Assembly (NCBI GenBank): GCA_964397025.1 | Contig: CAYNGO010000004.1 | Location: 1-59,059 of the forward strand | Length of the DNA: 59,059 bases | Reading direction: 5' to 3' | DNA from: an uncultured Weeksellaceae bacterium | GTDB lineage: Bacteria > Bacteroidota > Bacteroidia > Flavobacteriales > BACL11 | Shown here: positions 29,843-39,333 of the stretch, piece by piece | How the letters are laid out: every line of letters starts with the position of its first letter | Numbering within the stretch: position 1 is the stretch's first letter | Made by a program: the position numbers and the translations under genes | The notes under the pieces: model-generated | Database searches by the model: none | Seen by the model: the letters and a program-made list of their open reading frames with translations, nothing else | Told to the model about the DNA's origin: nothing

Positions 29843-32266
29843 TTATGATTTTTCATCTTCTTCATAATAACCATAACCTCCTCCATATCCATATCCATAT
29901 CCATATCCATATCCATATCCATATCCATATCCGTAGTTACCCATATCATTTTGGTAATCATTGATAATTATTTGTAGATTCTCTACTTGTTTGTTATTAT
30001 ATAAACCATTTACAACAGACAATGCTTGGTATTTAGTATAATTATGTCTTACAACATATAAATTGATATCGGCATTTTTCATTAATATTACGCCATCAGT
30101 CACCAGTCCAATTGGAGGTGTGTCAATAATAACATAGTCATATTCTATATTAAGTTTTTTAATTAATTCTTGCATTTTAGTGCTATCTAATAATTCTGCT
30201 GGATTTGGAGGGGTAGGTCCAGAGAAAATAATATCTAGGTTTTCTACCTCTGTTTTGTTAGTTATCTCTTTAAGTGATGATTTATTAATAAGATAATTAC
30301 TTAAACCACTTTTATTCTCAGATTTAAATTCTAATTCAAGTTTGGGTTTTCTTAAATCAGCACCAATCAAGACTGTTTTTTTACCAGATAAAGCAAAAAT
30401 TGAAGCTATATTCATTGAACAAAATGTTTTACCCTCTCCTCCAATAGATGAACTTACTGTAATTACTTTTTTAGTTTTATCTATTGCTAAATATTGAATA
30501 TTTGTCCTAAGTGATCTAAATGATTCAGAAAGCACAGATTTTGAATTTTTAGGAACTATAAGACTTGTTAATTTATCACTGTGCCCAATAAGTCCTAGTA
30601 TTGGAATGTTAGAGTGTGTTTGTAAATCTTTTTTACTTCTTATAGTGTTATTAAAGAATTCTTTTAGAGATATAGCAAAAATAGGTATTAATATTCCTAA
30701 AATCCAGCAAAAAAAGTATGTAACTGATGTTTTTGGACTAACAGGTATTTCACTATCTAATCTAGCATAGTCAATAACCTTATGGTCTGATTCAGTTCCT
30801 GCTTTTGCAAGTGATGCTTCATATTTTTTATTCTGCAAATAAATAGAAGTTTGTTCATTATAAAGATATTGTCTTTTAAGAATTATATATTCTTTTTGAT
30901 ATTTTGGTAACGAATTGATACTATTATTAAATTCTGATTGTCTATTTAAAAGATCATTTTCATAAATTTCTGATGTTGCTATAAGATTTTTTAGATTTTC
31001 AATAATGGTTCTTTTTGTATGAGATATCTGAGATAATAATGAAATATAGTTTGGATTCTTTGATGTTGTAGTTAATTCAAGATCTCCTTTTTTAGCAAGT
31101 AGTTGAAGTAACTGACTAATTAGTGTATTTAATTCGGGATTTGTAATTCCCATTGAAGTAGGAGATATAATACTATTTGCATCAATTTCTTTTGAGAGAT
31201 AATTTAATAATGATATATAGTACTTAGAATTAATTGATTGTTCAGCTAATGAATTATCTATTTTTTGTTTTTGAAAATATGCACCATACTCTTGTTCAAT
31301 ATTTTCAATGTTTGGATGACTACGCTTAAATCTCTCAAGGTTATTTTCTATTAATACTAACGAATCTTTAATTAAATTTAATTGCTTATCAATAAATTCA
31401 ATTGTATTGATCGCCATATTGTTCTTATCATTTAGACCATTATTGATATAACTCTCACATAATGTATTTAAAAACACAATACTTTTGCCAGGATTTTCTG
31501 CAGTCATTTTTAACTTTAGGACAGAGGTCTCCTTGTTGACTGGGTTAATTGAAACTCCTTCAATAAAACTGCTTACAATTTTAGATCTTTGATGTAGTTT
31601 AAAAGATAAATCCTTGTCTTGTTCTAAAATATTCTGAAGATTAAAAGATTGATTTTTAATGAGTTTAAATGAGAAAAAATCAGTTTTAATTTGTTGGTTA
31701 AATTGAAATTCTTGATCAATATCAATATTTGCAGTTAAATTTTTATTTAATCTATCAGTTTTTAAATTATATGTATGGAGGTCATCTATTGAGGAGACGA
31801 GCTTGAAAGTCTTATCATTAATGATTTTAACCCTAAATTCATTATTTGTTATTTGTAAATGGTTTGAATCAACTTTTACAATAAAAGGAGTATTCTGATA
31901 TATTTCATTGCTTTGAAGGAAACCATGTTGATAATATGAAACGCCTAATTCTAAAGCATCAACTACTTGATTCATTAATGAAAAGGATTTTAATACAATT
32001 ATCTCATTTTGAATATTTGTTTTTCCACTAAAAAGTTCCATTCCTTCAAGAATATTTTCAGCTCCAAGTTGAGTGTTATTATCATCTCTAATGAGAATAG
32101 TACTTGAAACACTGTATGTAGGAGTTGTATATCTATTATAAGCTAAAGCAAATAGACTAAATAATATAATTGAAATAAGAAAATAATACCAATGATGATA
32201 GTATCTAAATAAAAGCCCTTTAATATCTACCTTTTCTTCTTCTATTTGATTTTCTTCAGTTTTCAT
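29843..32266 (-). CDS. wzc: Polysaccharide co-polymerase / tyrosine autokinase (Wzc, BY-kinase family)
   Basis: Wzz-type N-terminal region with two TM segments. C-terminal P-loop domain: Walker A SSSIGGEGKTF, A' LIGADLRKP, B YVIIDTPP. Tyr-rich tail NYGYGYGYGYGYGYGYGYGGGYGYY. Confidence 0.9.
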   Translation of the reverse strand: MKTEENQIEEEKVDIKGLLFRYYHHWYYFLISIILFSLFALAYNRYTTPTYSVSSTILIRDDNNTQLGAENILEGMELFSGKTNIQNEIIVLKSFSLMNQVVDALELGVSYYQHGFLQSNEIYQNTPFIVKVDSNHLQITNNEFRVKIINDKTFKLVSSIDDLHTYNLKTDRLNKNLTANIDIDQEFQFNQQIKTDFFSFKLIKNQSFNLQNILEQDKDLSFKLHQRSKIVSSFIEGVSINPVNKETSVLKLKMTAENPGKSIVFLNTLCESYINNGLNDKNNMAINTIEFIDKQLNLIKDSLVLIENNLERFKRSHPNIENIEQEYGAYFQKQKIDNSLAEQSINSKYYISLLNYLSKEIDANSIISPTSMGITNPELNTLISQLLQLLAKKGDLELTTTSKNPNYISLLSQISHTKRTIIENLKNLIATSEIYENDLLNRQSEFNNSINSLPKYQKEYIILKRQYLYNEQTSIYLQNKKYEASLAKAGTESDHKVIDYARLDSEIPVSPKTSVTYFFCWILGILIPIFAISLKEFFNNTIRSKKDLQTHSNIPILGLIGHSDKLTSLIVPKNSKSVLSESFRSLRTNIQYLAIDKTKKVITVSSSIGGEGKTFCSMNIASIFALSGKKTVLIGADLRKPKLELEFKSENKSGLSNYLINKSSLKEITNKTEVENLDIIFSGPTPPNPAELLDSTKMQELIKKLNIEYDYVIIDTPPIGLVTDGVILMKNADINLYVVRHNYTKYQALSVVNGLYNNKQVENLQIIINDYQNDMGNYGYGYGYGYGYGYGYGYGGGYGYYEEDEKS
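29883..29932 (-). repeat. Perfect hexanucleotide microsatellite, 8 x CCATAT on the plus strand (TAT-GGA codons on the coding strand)
   Basis: Counted directly: eight identical units at 29883-29930 plus a partial CC. They encode (Tyr-Gly)8 in the Wzc C-terminal tail. Confidence 0.95.
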
Positions 32267-32267
32267 G

Positions 32268-33080
32268 TTAATCTCTATTAAAATTTAAGATTGCATTAAA
32301 TAATACAGCAAATGTTGTTAAACTTGATAATAATAACTGTGATTGTGATTTTTTTAAACCTTTAAATTTAAGAGGCTGAATATACACTAAGTCTTTGTTG
32401 TGAAGATAGTAAAAGTTTGAATGTAAAATTGTACTTTCAGTAAGGTCAAAGAAGTATATTTTTTTCTTGTTGTTATTTGATCTAACAATTTTAATTTTTT
32501 TAAGATTTCCATAATCATTGATATCACCAGCCATAGCAAGTGCATCAAAAATAGTTAGATTCTCTTTGTATACAGGAAAGGTTCCTGGATTATTAACCTC
32601 TCCTAAGACAGTAACTTCAAAGTTTGCAAGCTTCACAATGACAAAAGGATCAATAATATATTCCTTAGCCATATCAATTATCGTTTCTTTTGCCTCTTCT
32701 AAAGTCTGATTTACAATGCTGATATATCCAACATTGGGTAGGTCTATCATTCCTTCTTGACTAACTGTGAAACCATTTAAATAAAGATTTGCAGCTGTTG
32801 TTGTAGTATTTGCATTATTTGTATTTGTCTCAACATTAAACATTTTATTTGATTCTTCATTTCTACTAATAACTTTGATCATTAGTATATCACCAATTTC
32901 AATACGATGTTTAGGAGGTATTGGAGAGATGTTCCATCCTTCTTTCGCAACATCATTCATATATGTAATTTTACTTACAGGAGTGCAACTAAAGAATAAT
33001 GAAGTAATTACTAATAGAGTGAGTAATATAATATAATTAGACTTAATCATGTTTAATTTTTTGTAAAGATAAGAAAACAA
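32268..33080 (-). CDS. wza: Polysaccharide export outer-membrane lipoprotein (Wza-like: Poly_export plus SLBB)
   Basis: Lipobox SLFFSC, YRIEIGDILMIKV and VTVLGEVNNPGTFP. The true start may be the internal Met at 33050. Confidence 0.8.
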   Translation of the reverse strand: MFSYLYKKLNMIKSNYIILLTLLVITSLFFSCTPVSKITYMNDVAKEGWNISPIPPKHRIEIGDILMIKVISRNEESNKMFNVETNTNNANTTTTAANLYLNGFTVSQEGMIDLPNVGYISIVNQTLEEAKETIIDMAKEYIIDPFVIVKLANFEVTVLGEVNNPGTFPVYKENLTIFDALAMAGDINDYGNLKKIKIVRSNNNKKKIYFFDLTESTILHSNFYYLHNKDLVYIQPLKFKGLKKSQSQLLLSSLTTFAVLFNAILNFNRD

Positions 33081-33083
33081 ACA

Positions 33084-33665
33084 CTAAATAAATTTATTTA
33101 GTTCTTGATATAGTTCAGATGAAGGCAGACCAACAACGTTTGTATATGAGCCAATTATTTTTCTAACACTAATTATTCCTAGCCATTCTTGAATACCATA
33201 AGAACCAGCCTTGTCATAAGGCTTAAATTTTTCTAAGTAATATTCTATTTCATAATCATTTATTTTATTAAAAAAAACTTCTGTTTTTGAAGAAAATGCA
33301 TGTTGATTACTATTGCTTGTGATACATACTCCAGTAATTACTTCATGCTTATTATTAGATATTTTTTGTAAAATATTTTTTGCTTCATTTTTGTTTAATG
33401 GTTTAGTGATGATTTTATCATTCATTAATACAATTGTATCCGCAGTTATTAGAATTTCATTTTCATTTAATTCCTTAGCTAAAAAATTAGCTTTTTCTTT
33501 TGCTAGAAAAATTGGAACATTTTTATTTTTAATTCCTTTCGGTATAGTCTCATCAATATTTGATGCTCTTATTTTAAAATCTATTCCTATGTCTTTAAGT
33601 ATTTCACTTCTTCTTGGAGAGTTAGATCCCAGAATAAAATTATATTGATTAAAATTATTGAGCAT
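33084..33665 (-). CDS. maf: Maf-like nucleoside-triphosphate pyrophosphatase
   Basis: ILGSNSPRRSEIL, TADTIV, DKAGSYGIQ and NVVGLP. Confidence 0.9.
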   Translation of the reverse strand: MLNNFNQYNFILGSNSPRRSEILKDIGIDFKIRASNIDETIPKGIKNKNVPIFLAKEKANFLAKELNENEILITADTIVLMNDKIITKPLNKNEAKNILQKISNNKHEVITGVCITSNSNQHAFSSKTEVFFNKINDYEIEYYLEKFKPYDKAGSYGIQEWLGIISVRKIIGSYTNVVGLPSSELYQELNKFI

Positions 33666-34633
33666 TAATTTAAGTAGTTATATGAAAAAAGCCCTATTGA
33701 AAGTATTCCAGCTATCATTATAAATTTTGAAAATTTACTTAAAAATGAAAAATCTTCTTTATTTTCAGATTGGCTACATTTTATAATAAAGACAATTAAA
33801 AATAACTGTATCAGAATTATATATAAAATTGAATTAATATCTGTGCCCCAAATTTGTATCTGTTGTTTTTCTGGAAGATTAAATGTAGTTTGTAACAAAC
33901 TATATTGAAAATATTGCCAAAATCCAATGAATACAAATACTATTGTATTTATTGAGTTAATTAAAATTTTTGTCTTGAAGAGACCTATTTTAATTATTAT
34001 GGTATTTGCATGAATTTTTTTATCTCCATATTCATCTTCAATGTCTTTAATGATTTCCCTAGAAAATGTCATTAGAAATGCAAACGCAGCATATAATAAT
34101 ATGATTTTAAAAATTATGGGTGATGAGTTGTTAGAAATAACAGGAATTACATCAAATAACCCAATATTAATAATAGATAATGCTACTAGCCAGCTAACTA
34201 AAAAATTTCCTCTTAGAAATTTTATTTTTAAATATTTGGAATATTTCCAAAGTGAGAAAATTGAGTATATAAATATTAAAGTAAATGTTAGTTTTTGAAT
34301 AATATATGCAACGTACACAATTAGTAAAAGAGCAAGTATGTTAAAAGCAAAGTACCAGAAAATTGCAATTCTTGCACTCAATTTTTTATTAATGATTCTA
34401 ATTTTATCCTTATTTATTTTATCAACACTTTCATCATAAATATCATTGATAATATATCCACCAGCAGTAATTAATATGGTGCTTATTACAAAAAGAAAAA
34501 AATTGATATTGTTTAAGCTAGATTCTGCAATGAATTGATTGATTAAGCAGTATTTTATTAAACAGAGTATTAATACAATGATTAATAGATTTAAAGGTCT
34601 TATTAATTTAATAAAATTTATAAAATTATTCAT
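33665..34633 (-). CDS. UbiA-superfamily prenyltransferase, (di)geranylgeranylglyceryl-phosphate-synthase-like
   Basis: About 8 TM helices. First Asp-rich motif NDIYDESVDKIN and second IKDIEDEYGDKK. The neighbourhood with maf and a DUF2520 protein is typical of Flavobacteriia (recalled). Confidence 0.65.
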   Translation of the reverse strand: MNNFINFIKLIRPLNLLIIVLILCLIKYCLINQFIAESSLNNINFFLFVISTILITAGGYIINDIYDESVDKINKDKIRIINKKLSARIAIFWYFAFNILALLLIVYVAYIIQKLTFTLIFIYSIFSLWKYSKYLKIKFLRGNFLVSWLVALSIINIGLFDVIPVISNNSSPIIFKIILLYAAFAFLMTFSREIIKDIEDEYGDKKIHANTIIIKIGLFKTKILINSINTIVFVFIGFWQYFQYSLLQTTFNLPEKQQIQIWGTDINSILYIILIQLFLIVFIIKCSQSENKEDFSFLSKFSKFIMIAGILSIGLFSYNYLN

Positions 34634-35381
34634 TTAATTGAATTATATTTTGGCTAATTAATGAGTAAATTTCTTTTAAATTATCATCTTTTAAAGCTTT
34701 TATATGTTCTTGAATGATTAATTTATCATTTCTAATAGCTGGCCCTGTTTGTGTGTCTTGAGGGTTGAAGTTTTCTATCTTAGAAAGTGTTTGTTTTATT
34801 AATGGTAATAATACTGAGTAGTTAATATTTTCTTTCTCAACTAATTTTTTTGCTATGACAAACATATGATTACTAAAATTACATGAAAAAACTGCTGCTA
34901 TATGTAACTGTTTTCTTTTATGTGAATCAAGTAAATGTGTGTTTTTGGAAAATGAATTCGATAATTCATTTAAATCTCTTTGAAATATCTGATTATTTGC
35001 TTCTATAAAAAAAGGAACTTTTTTAAGATTTAAATCAACATCTTTATTAAATGTTTGTAATGGATATAAGACACCATAATCTTCAAAATATCCTTTAAAA
35101 ACATCTATGCTAGTACAACCTGAGGTGTGCACTGTTGCGTTATTCGGAAGAGATGTTAAAATGTTTTTTATACTATCATCATTGATTGCAATAATTGTGA
35201 TATCAGCTTTTTCTATTTTACTGGAATCTATTGTCCAATCTGAGTTGATTTTATTTGCTAATAATTCAGTATTCTCTTTAGATCTTCCAAATACTTGAGC
35301 TATATTATATTTTTCTTTATCTAAATTTAATGCTAAATGGGTTGCTATGTTTCCAGATCCAATTAAAAGTATATTCTTCAT
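34626..35381 (-). CDS. Rossmann-fold NAD(P)-binding protein with a DUF2520-like C-terminal domain
   Basis: N-terminal LLIGSGNIATHLALNL dinucleotide fold. C-terminal GPAIRND motif. Confidence 0.55.
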   Translation of the reverse strand: MKNILLIGSGNIATHLALNLDKEKYNIAQVFGRSKENTELLANKINSDWTIDSSKIEKADITIIAINDDSIKNILTSLPNNATVHTSGCTSIDVFKGYFEDYGVLYPLQTFNKDVDLNLKKVPFFIEANNQIFQRDLNELSNSFSKNTHLLDSHKRKQLHIAAVFSCNFSNHMFVIAKKLVEKENINYSVLLPLIKQTLSKIENFNPQDTQTGPAIRNDKLIIQEHIKALKDDNLKEIYSLISQNIIQLNE

Positions 35382-35486
35382 TTTTAAACTTTAATAGCCA
35401 ATTACATTTTTTTTCTTTCTAAATATTGTTTATAAAATAGTCAAGCTATATGTAATGATTCTAGTACAAAATTAGTAAACATATTG

Positions 35487-35494
35487 TAAATTTG
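35487..35494 (+). promoter_or_regulatory. -7 type promoter motif TAAATTTG for ccsBA
   Basis: Perfect TAnnTTTG, 17 nt upstream of ATG 35512. Confidence 0.4.
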
Positions 35495-35511
35495 CTTTTC
35501 ATATTGTTATA

Positions 35512-38500
35512 ATGATAAAACAACTCATACAATTTATATTTTCTGTAAAATTAGCTACTTTTTTAATTTTAGTATTTGCTGCAGTTATTGGCTATGCTAC
35601 ATTTATTGAAAATGATTTTGGAAGAGTCTCAGCAAAAGCTTTAATTTATTCTAAATGGTGGTTTGAATTACTTCTTTTTATTCTTACTTGTAATCTTATT
35701 TACAATTTAAAAAGATATAATTTATTTAGAAAAGAGAAGATTGCAGTTCTAACTTTTCACTTAGCATTTATTGTTATATTAATAGGTTCAGGAATTACTA
35801 GATATTATAGTTTTGAAGGTATGATGCATATTCGAGAAGGTGAGGAATCAAATATTATTGTTTCTGATGATGTCTTTCTTCAAATAAAAGTTGATAATAG
35901 AAAATTACAATTGGAATATGATAAAAAATTGTATTTGTCAGCTATAAGTAATAATAATTTCTCTATTCCAATTAATTTTTTAGATAATGATATTTCAATT
36001 GATTATATTGATTTTTTACCAAATGTAAGAGATACATTTATTTCAAGTGAGAGTGGTGTACAAACACTTCATTTAATCGTTCCTGGTGATAATGGAATGC
36101 AGTCTGAGTATCTAAAAGATAATGAACAGAAAAAGATAAGTAATTATATTTTTACTTTTAATAATCCACTTTTAGGAGCTATAAACATTACTTCAAGTGA
36201 TAGTCTATTTATATGTGAAGCTCCATTTGATATAGGATCAATGAAGATGATTGACCGATCAGTTGATAATTTTCCAGCTATGTCTAGTTTTAAATTGGCT
36301 AAGAAAACCTTATATTCAATTAATGAACTTAATTTTGTTTTAAAAGAGATAATTGAAAATGGGAGTGATGAGTTATACAGCTCTTCAAAAGTAATGAAAG
36401 ATGGAAGTAATGATGCATTGAGTGTAAAAATTAATTGTAATGGAGAATCAAAGGAGGTGACTTTAGTAGGAGGTAAAGGATTTAAATCTCTTCCAGATGA
36501 GTCTTTTATAGGTGGTATTCATTTTAATTTATCTTACGGCTCAAAAAATTATTATACTCCATTTAGAATTATGCTTAGAGATTTTCAGCTTGAAAGGTAT
36601 CCTGGATCAATGAGTCCAGCCTCTTTTGCAGCTGAGGTGACTGTTAAAGATGTGCAGTATAAAAAAGATTTTAGAATTTTTATGAATAATGTTTTAGATT
36701 ATAGAGGTTATCGTTTTTTTCAATCCTCATATGATCAAGATGAAAAAGGCACTGTATTATCTGTTAATCATGATATGTTAGGAACAGTGGTGAGTTATAT
36801 TGGATATTTTTTATTAGCCTTGGGAATGATCATGGTCTTTTTTACTTCAAAGACAAGATTTACTTACCTTAGTAAACAACTTAATAAGATCAAAGGTAAG
36901 ATTACAGTATTGTTATTTGGATTATTTAGTTTAACATCATCTGCAAATGAGGTGTATCCTGATAGTGTTATAAAAGCAAATACACTTAATTATGATCATA
37001 TTAAGAATTTTGAAAGCTTATTAATACAAGATAATGGTGGTAGAATTAAACCAATTAATACAGTATGCTCTGAATACTTGCGTAAAATATCAAGAAAAGA
37101 AAAGATAGCTAACCAGAGTTCCTCTCAAGTGATTTTAGGCATGATGAAAAATCCAAAATTATGGAGCAATGTTCCTATGATTAAAGTTAGTCATGAAAAA
37201 TTAAAACTTTTGTTAAAGACTAAAGAAAGTAGAGTAACGTTTAGATCATTTTTTAATGAAAATGGTGATTATATTTTAAGAGAAGAAGTTGAAAAAGTGA
37301 ATGCAAAAGCTCCAATTAATAGAGGTAAATATGATAAGGATATTATTTCTGTTGATGAGCGTATTAATATTTGTTTTACAATTTATAATGGCGATATATT
37401 TAGACTATTTCCTCTTGCTAATGACTCAAACAATACTTGGTTTACTGCTCGTGAGAGTGGTATGTTTTCAAGCAAAGACTCTCTTTTTGTTTCTAATATT
37501 ATGTTAATGTACATGAACTCTTTAGATAAAGCAATTATAGATGGTAATTGGTCAACATGTGATAGTGTTGTTTCATATATATCTAAATTTCAGTATCGTT
37601 ATGGTAGTCAGGTAATGCCCAAAGATTATAAGGTGCAATTAGAGGTTTTATATAATAAGTTTAATATATTTTCTAATCTGTTCATGTATTATTTTATTGT
37701 TGGTTTTATCTTCTTGGTTTTAATTTTAATTAAGATATTCAACACTAATATCCTCTCATTAAGCATTCGTTTTTTTCAAACTCTTATTATGTTAGGATTC
37801 TTTGTTCAAACTTTAGGTCTTGCTAGTCGTTGGATTATTTCTGGTCATGCCCCTTGGAGTAATGGGTATGAATCTATGATTTATATCTCTTGGGCAACGA
37901 TGTTATCAGGAATTATATTCAGTCAGCGATCAAAGATGACCCTTGCAGCAACTACAATTGTTACTTCCTTGTTTTTGATGGTAGCTCATCTTAATTGGTT
38001 AGATCCTGAGATCACTAATTTAGTTCCTGTATTAAACTCTTATTGGTTAATGATACATGTTGCTATTATTACAGCTAGCTATGGTTTTTTATCTCTTGGT
38101 GCAGTTTTAGGACTTTTTTCACTTTGGTTAATTATTTTTTCAAATACTAATAATAAAAGTAAGCTTACAAATACGATTAAGGAATTAACACTTATTAATG
38201 AAAGATCTATAACTATTGGTTTATTTATGTTAACAATTGGAACATTTCTTGGAGGAGTATGGGCTAATGAATCTTGGGGTCGATACTGGGGTTGGGACCC
38301 AAAGGAGACATGGGCACTTGTTAGTGTTTTAGTCTATGTTTTTATTTTACATATGCGTTTAATTCCAGCACTAGCTGGTTTCTATATTTTTAATCTTGCA
38401 TCACTTATAGGAATATGGTCTATTATTATGACATATTTTGGTGTTAATTATTATTTATCTGGTCTCCACTCATATGCAGCTGGTGATCCAATGCCGATTC

Positions 38501-38583
38501 CATCTTTTGTATATTATTTTATTGGTCTTACAATTGTAACTGCTATTTTAGCTAAGTTTAAATTTAACCGATATTACTCATGA
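35512..38583 (+). CDS. ccsBA: System II cytochrome c biogenesis protein, fused ResB/Ccs1-like plus CcsA (CcsBA)
   Basis: 1023 aa. N-terminal ResB-like TM region and large periplasmic domain. C-terminal CcsA with the W-rich haem-handling motif WANESWGRYWGWDPKETWA and conserved His residues. Confidence 0.85.
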   Translation: MIKQLIQFIFSVKLATFLILVFAAVIGYATFIENDFGRVSAKALIYSKWWFELLLFILTCNLIYNLKRYNLFRKEKIAVLTFHLAFIVILIGSGITRYYSFEGMMHIREGEESNIIVSDDVFLQIKVDNRKLQLEYDKKLYLSAISNNNFSIPINFLDNDISIDYIDFLPNVRDTFISSESGVQTLHLIVPGDNGMQSEYLKDNEQKKISNYIFTFNNPLLGAINITSSDSLFICEAPFDIGSMKMIDRSVDNFPAMSSFKLAKKTLYSINELNFVLKEIIENGSDELYSSSKVMKDGSNDALSVKINCNGESKEVTLVGGKGFKSLPDESFIGGIHFNLSYGSKNYYTPFRIMLRDFQLERYPGSMSPASFAAEVTVKDVQYKKDFRIFMNNVLDYRGYRFFQSSYDQDEKGTVLSVNHDMLGTVVSYIGYFLLALGMIMVFFTSKTRFTYLSKQLNKIKGKITVLLFGLFSLTSSANEVYPDSVIKANTLNYDHIKNFESLLIQDNGGRIKPINTVCSEYLRKISRKEKIANQSSSQVILGMMKNPKLWSNVPMIKVSHEKLKLLLKTKESRVTFRSFFNENGDYILREEVEKVNAKAPINRGKYDKDIISVDERINICFTIYNGDIFRLFPLANDSNNTWFTARESGMFSSKDSLFVSNIMLMYMNSLDKAIIDGNWSTCDSVVSYISKFQYRYGSQVMPKDYKVQLEVLYNKFNIFSNLFMYYFIVGFIFLVLILIKIFNTNILSLSIRFFQTLIMLGFFVQTLGLASRWIISGHAPWSNGYESMIYISWATMLSGIIFSQRSKMTLAATTIVTSLFLMVAHLNWLDPEITNLVPVLNSYWLMIHVAIITASYGFLSLGAVLGLFSLWLIIFSNTNNKSKLTNTIKELTLINERSITIGLFMLTIGTFLGGVWANESWGRYWGWDPKETWALVSVLVYVFILHMRLIPALAGFYIFNLASLIGIWSIIMTYFGVNYYLSGLHSYAAGDPMPIPSFVYYFIGLTIVTAILAKFKFNRYYS

Positions 38584-39281
38584 AATTAGATATTTTAGTT
38601 TTTGCTGCCCATCCTGATGATGCTGAGCTAGGATGTGGAGGTACAATTATTAAACATACATCAAATGGTTTTAGTGTAGGTGTTATTGATTTAACAAAAG
38701 GTGAGTTAGGTACTAGAGGTTCAGATAAAATAAGACTAGAAGAGGCTGAGGCTGCGAGTAAAATTATGAATTTAACTTTAAGAGAAAACCTTAGTTTTGA
38801 TGATGGATTCTTTGTAAATGATGATTTGCATAAAAAAGTTATTATTAAAAAGATTAGAAAATATAGACCAGATATTATTTTAACAAATGCACCATCTGAT
38901 AGGCATCCAGATCATGCAAGGGCTTCACAACTAACTATAGATTCTTGTTTTTTGTCTGGATTAGAAAAAATAGATACAAATCAAAAAGTATGGCGTCCTA
39001 AAGCTATTTATCACTACATCCAATTTAATAATTTAAATCCAGATTTTGTCGTTGATATAACTAAACAATTTGATCAGAAGATAGATGCAGTAAAATCATA
39101 TAAATCACAATTCTTTGACCCTAAATCTAAAGAGAATAATACTATTATATCAACTAAAGATTTCTTTGATAGTATTGAATATAGAGCAAAGGATCTTGGT
39201 AGACAAACATCATGTAATTTTGCTGAAGGTTTTATTTCTCATCAACTACCAAAATTAGATTTTCTAAATAATTTTAAATAA
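38580..39281 (+). CDS. bshB1: LmbE/PIG-L family deacetylase, bacillithiol biosynthesis BshB1-like
   Basis: FAAHPDDAELGCGGTIIKH, IDLTKGELGTRGS and DRHPDH. ATGA overlap with ccsBA. Confidence 0.75.
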   Translation: MKLDILVFAAHPDDAELGCGGTIIKHTSNGFSVGVIDLTKGELGTRGSDKIRLEEAEAASKIMNLTLRENLSFDDGFFVNDDLHKKVIIKKIRKYRPDIILTNAPSDRHPDHARASQLTIDSCFLSGLEKIDTNQKVWRPKAIYHYIQFNNLNPDFVVDITKQFDQKIDAVKSYKSQFFDPKSKENNTIISTKDFFDSIEYRAKDLGRQTSCNFAEGFISHQLPKLDFLNNFK

Positions 39282-39313
39282 AAAAACCGAACTTTTAAAG
39301 TTCGGTTTTTTTT
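39281..39313. terminator. Bidirectional hairpin terminator
   Basis: CCGAACT (39287-39293) / AGTTCGG (39299-39305), flanked by an A-run and a T-run, between convergent genes. Confidence 0.75.
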
Positions 39314-39333
39314 AGATAAAAATGTTTTTTTAA

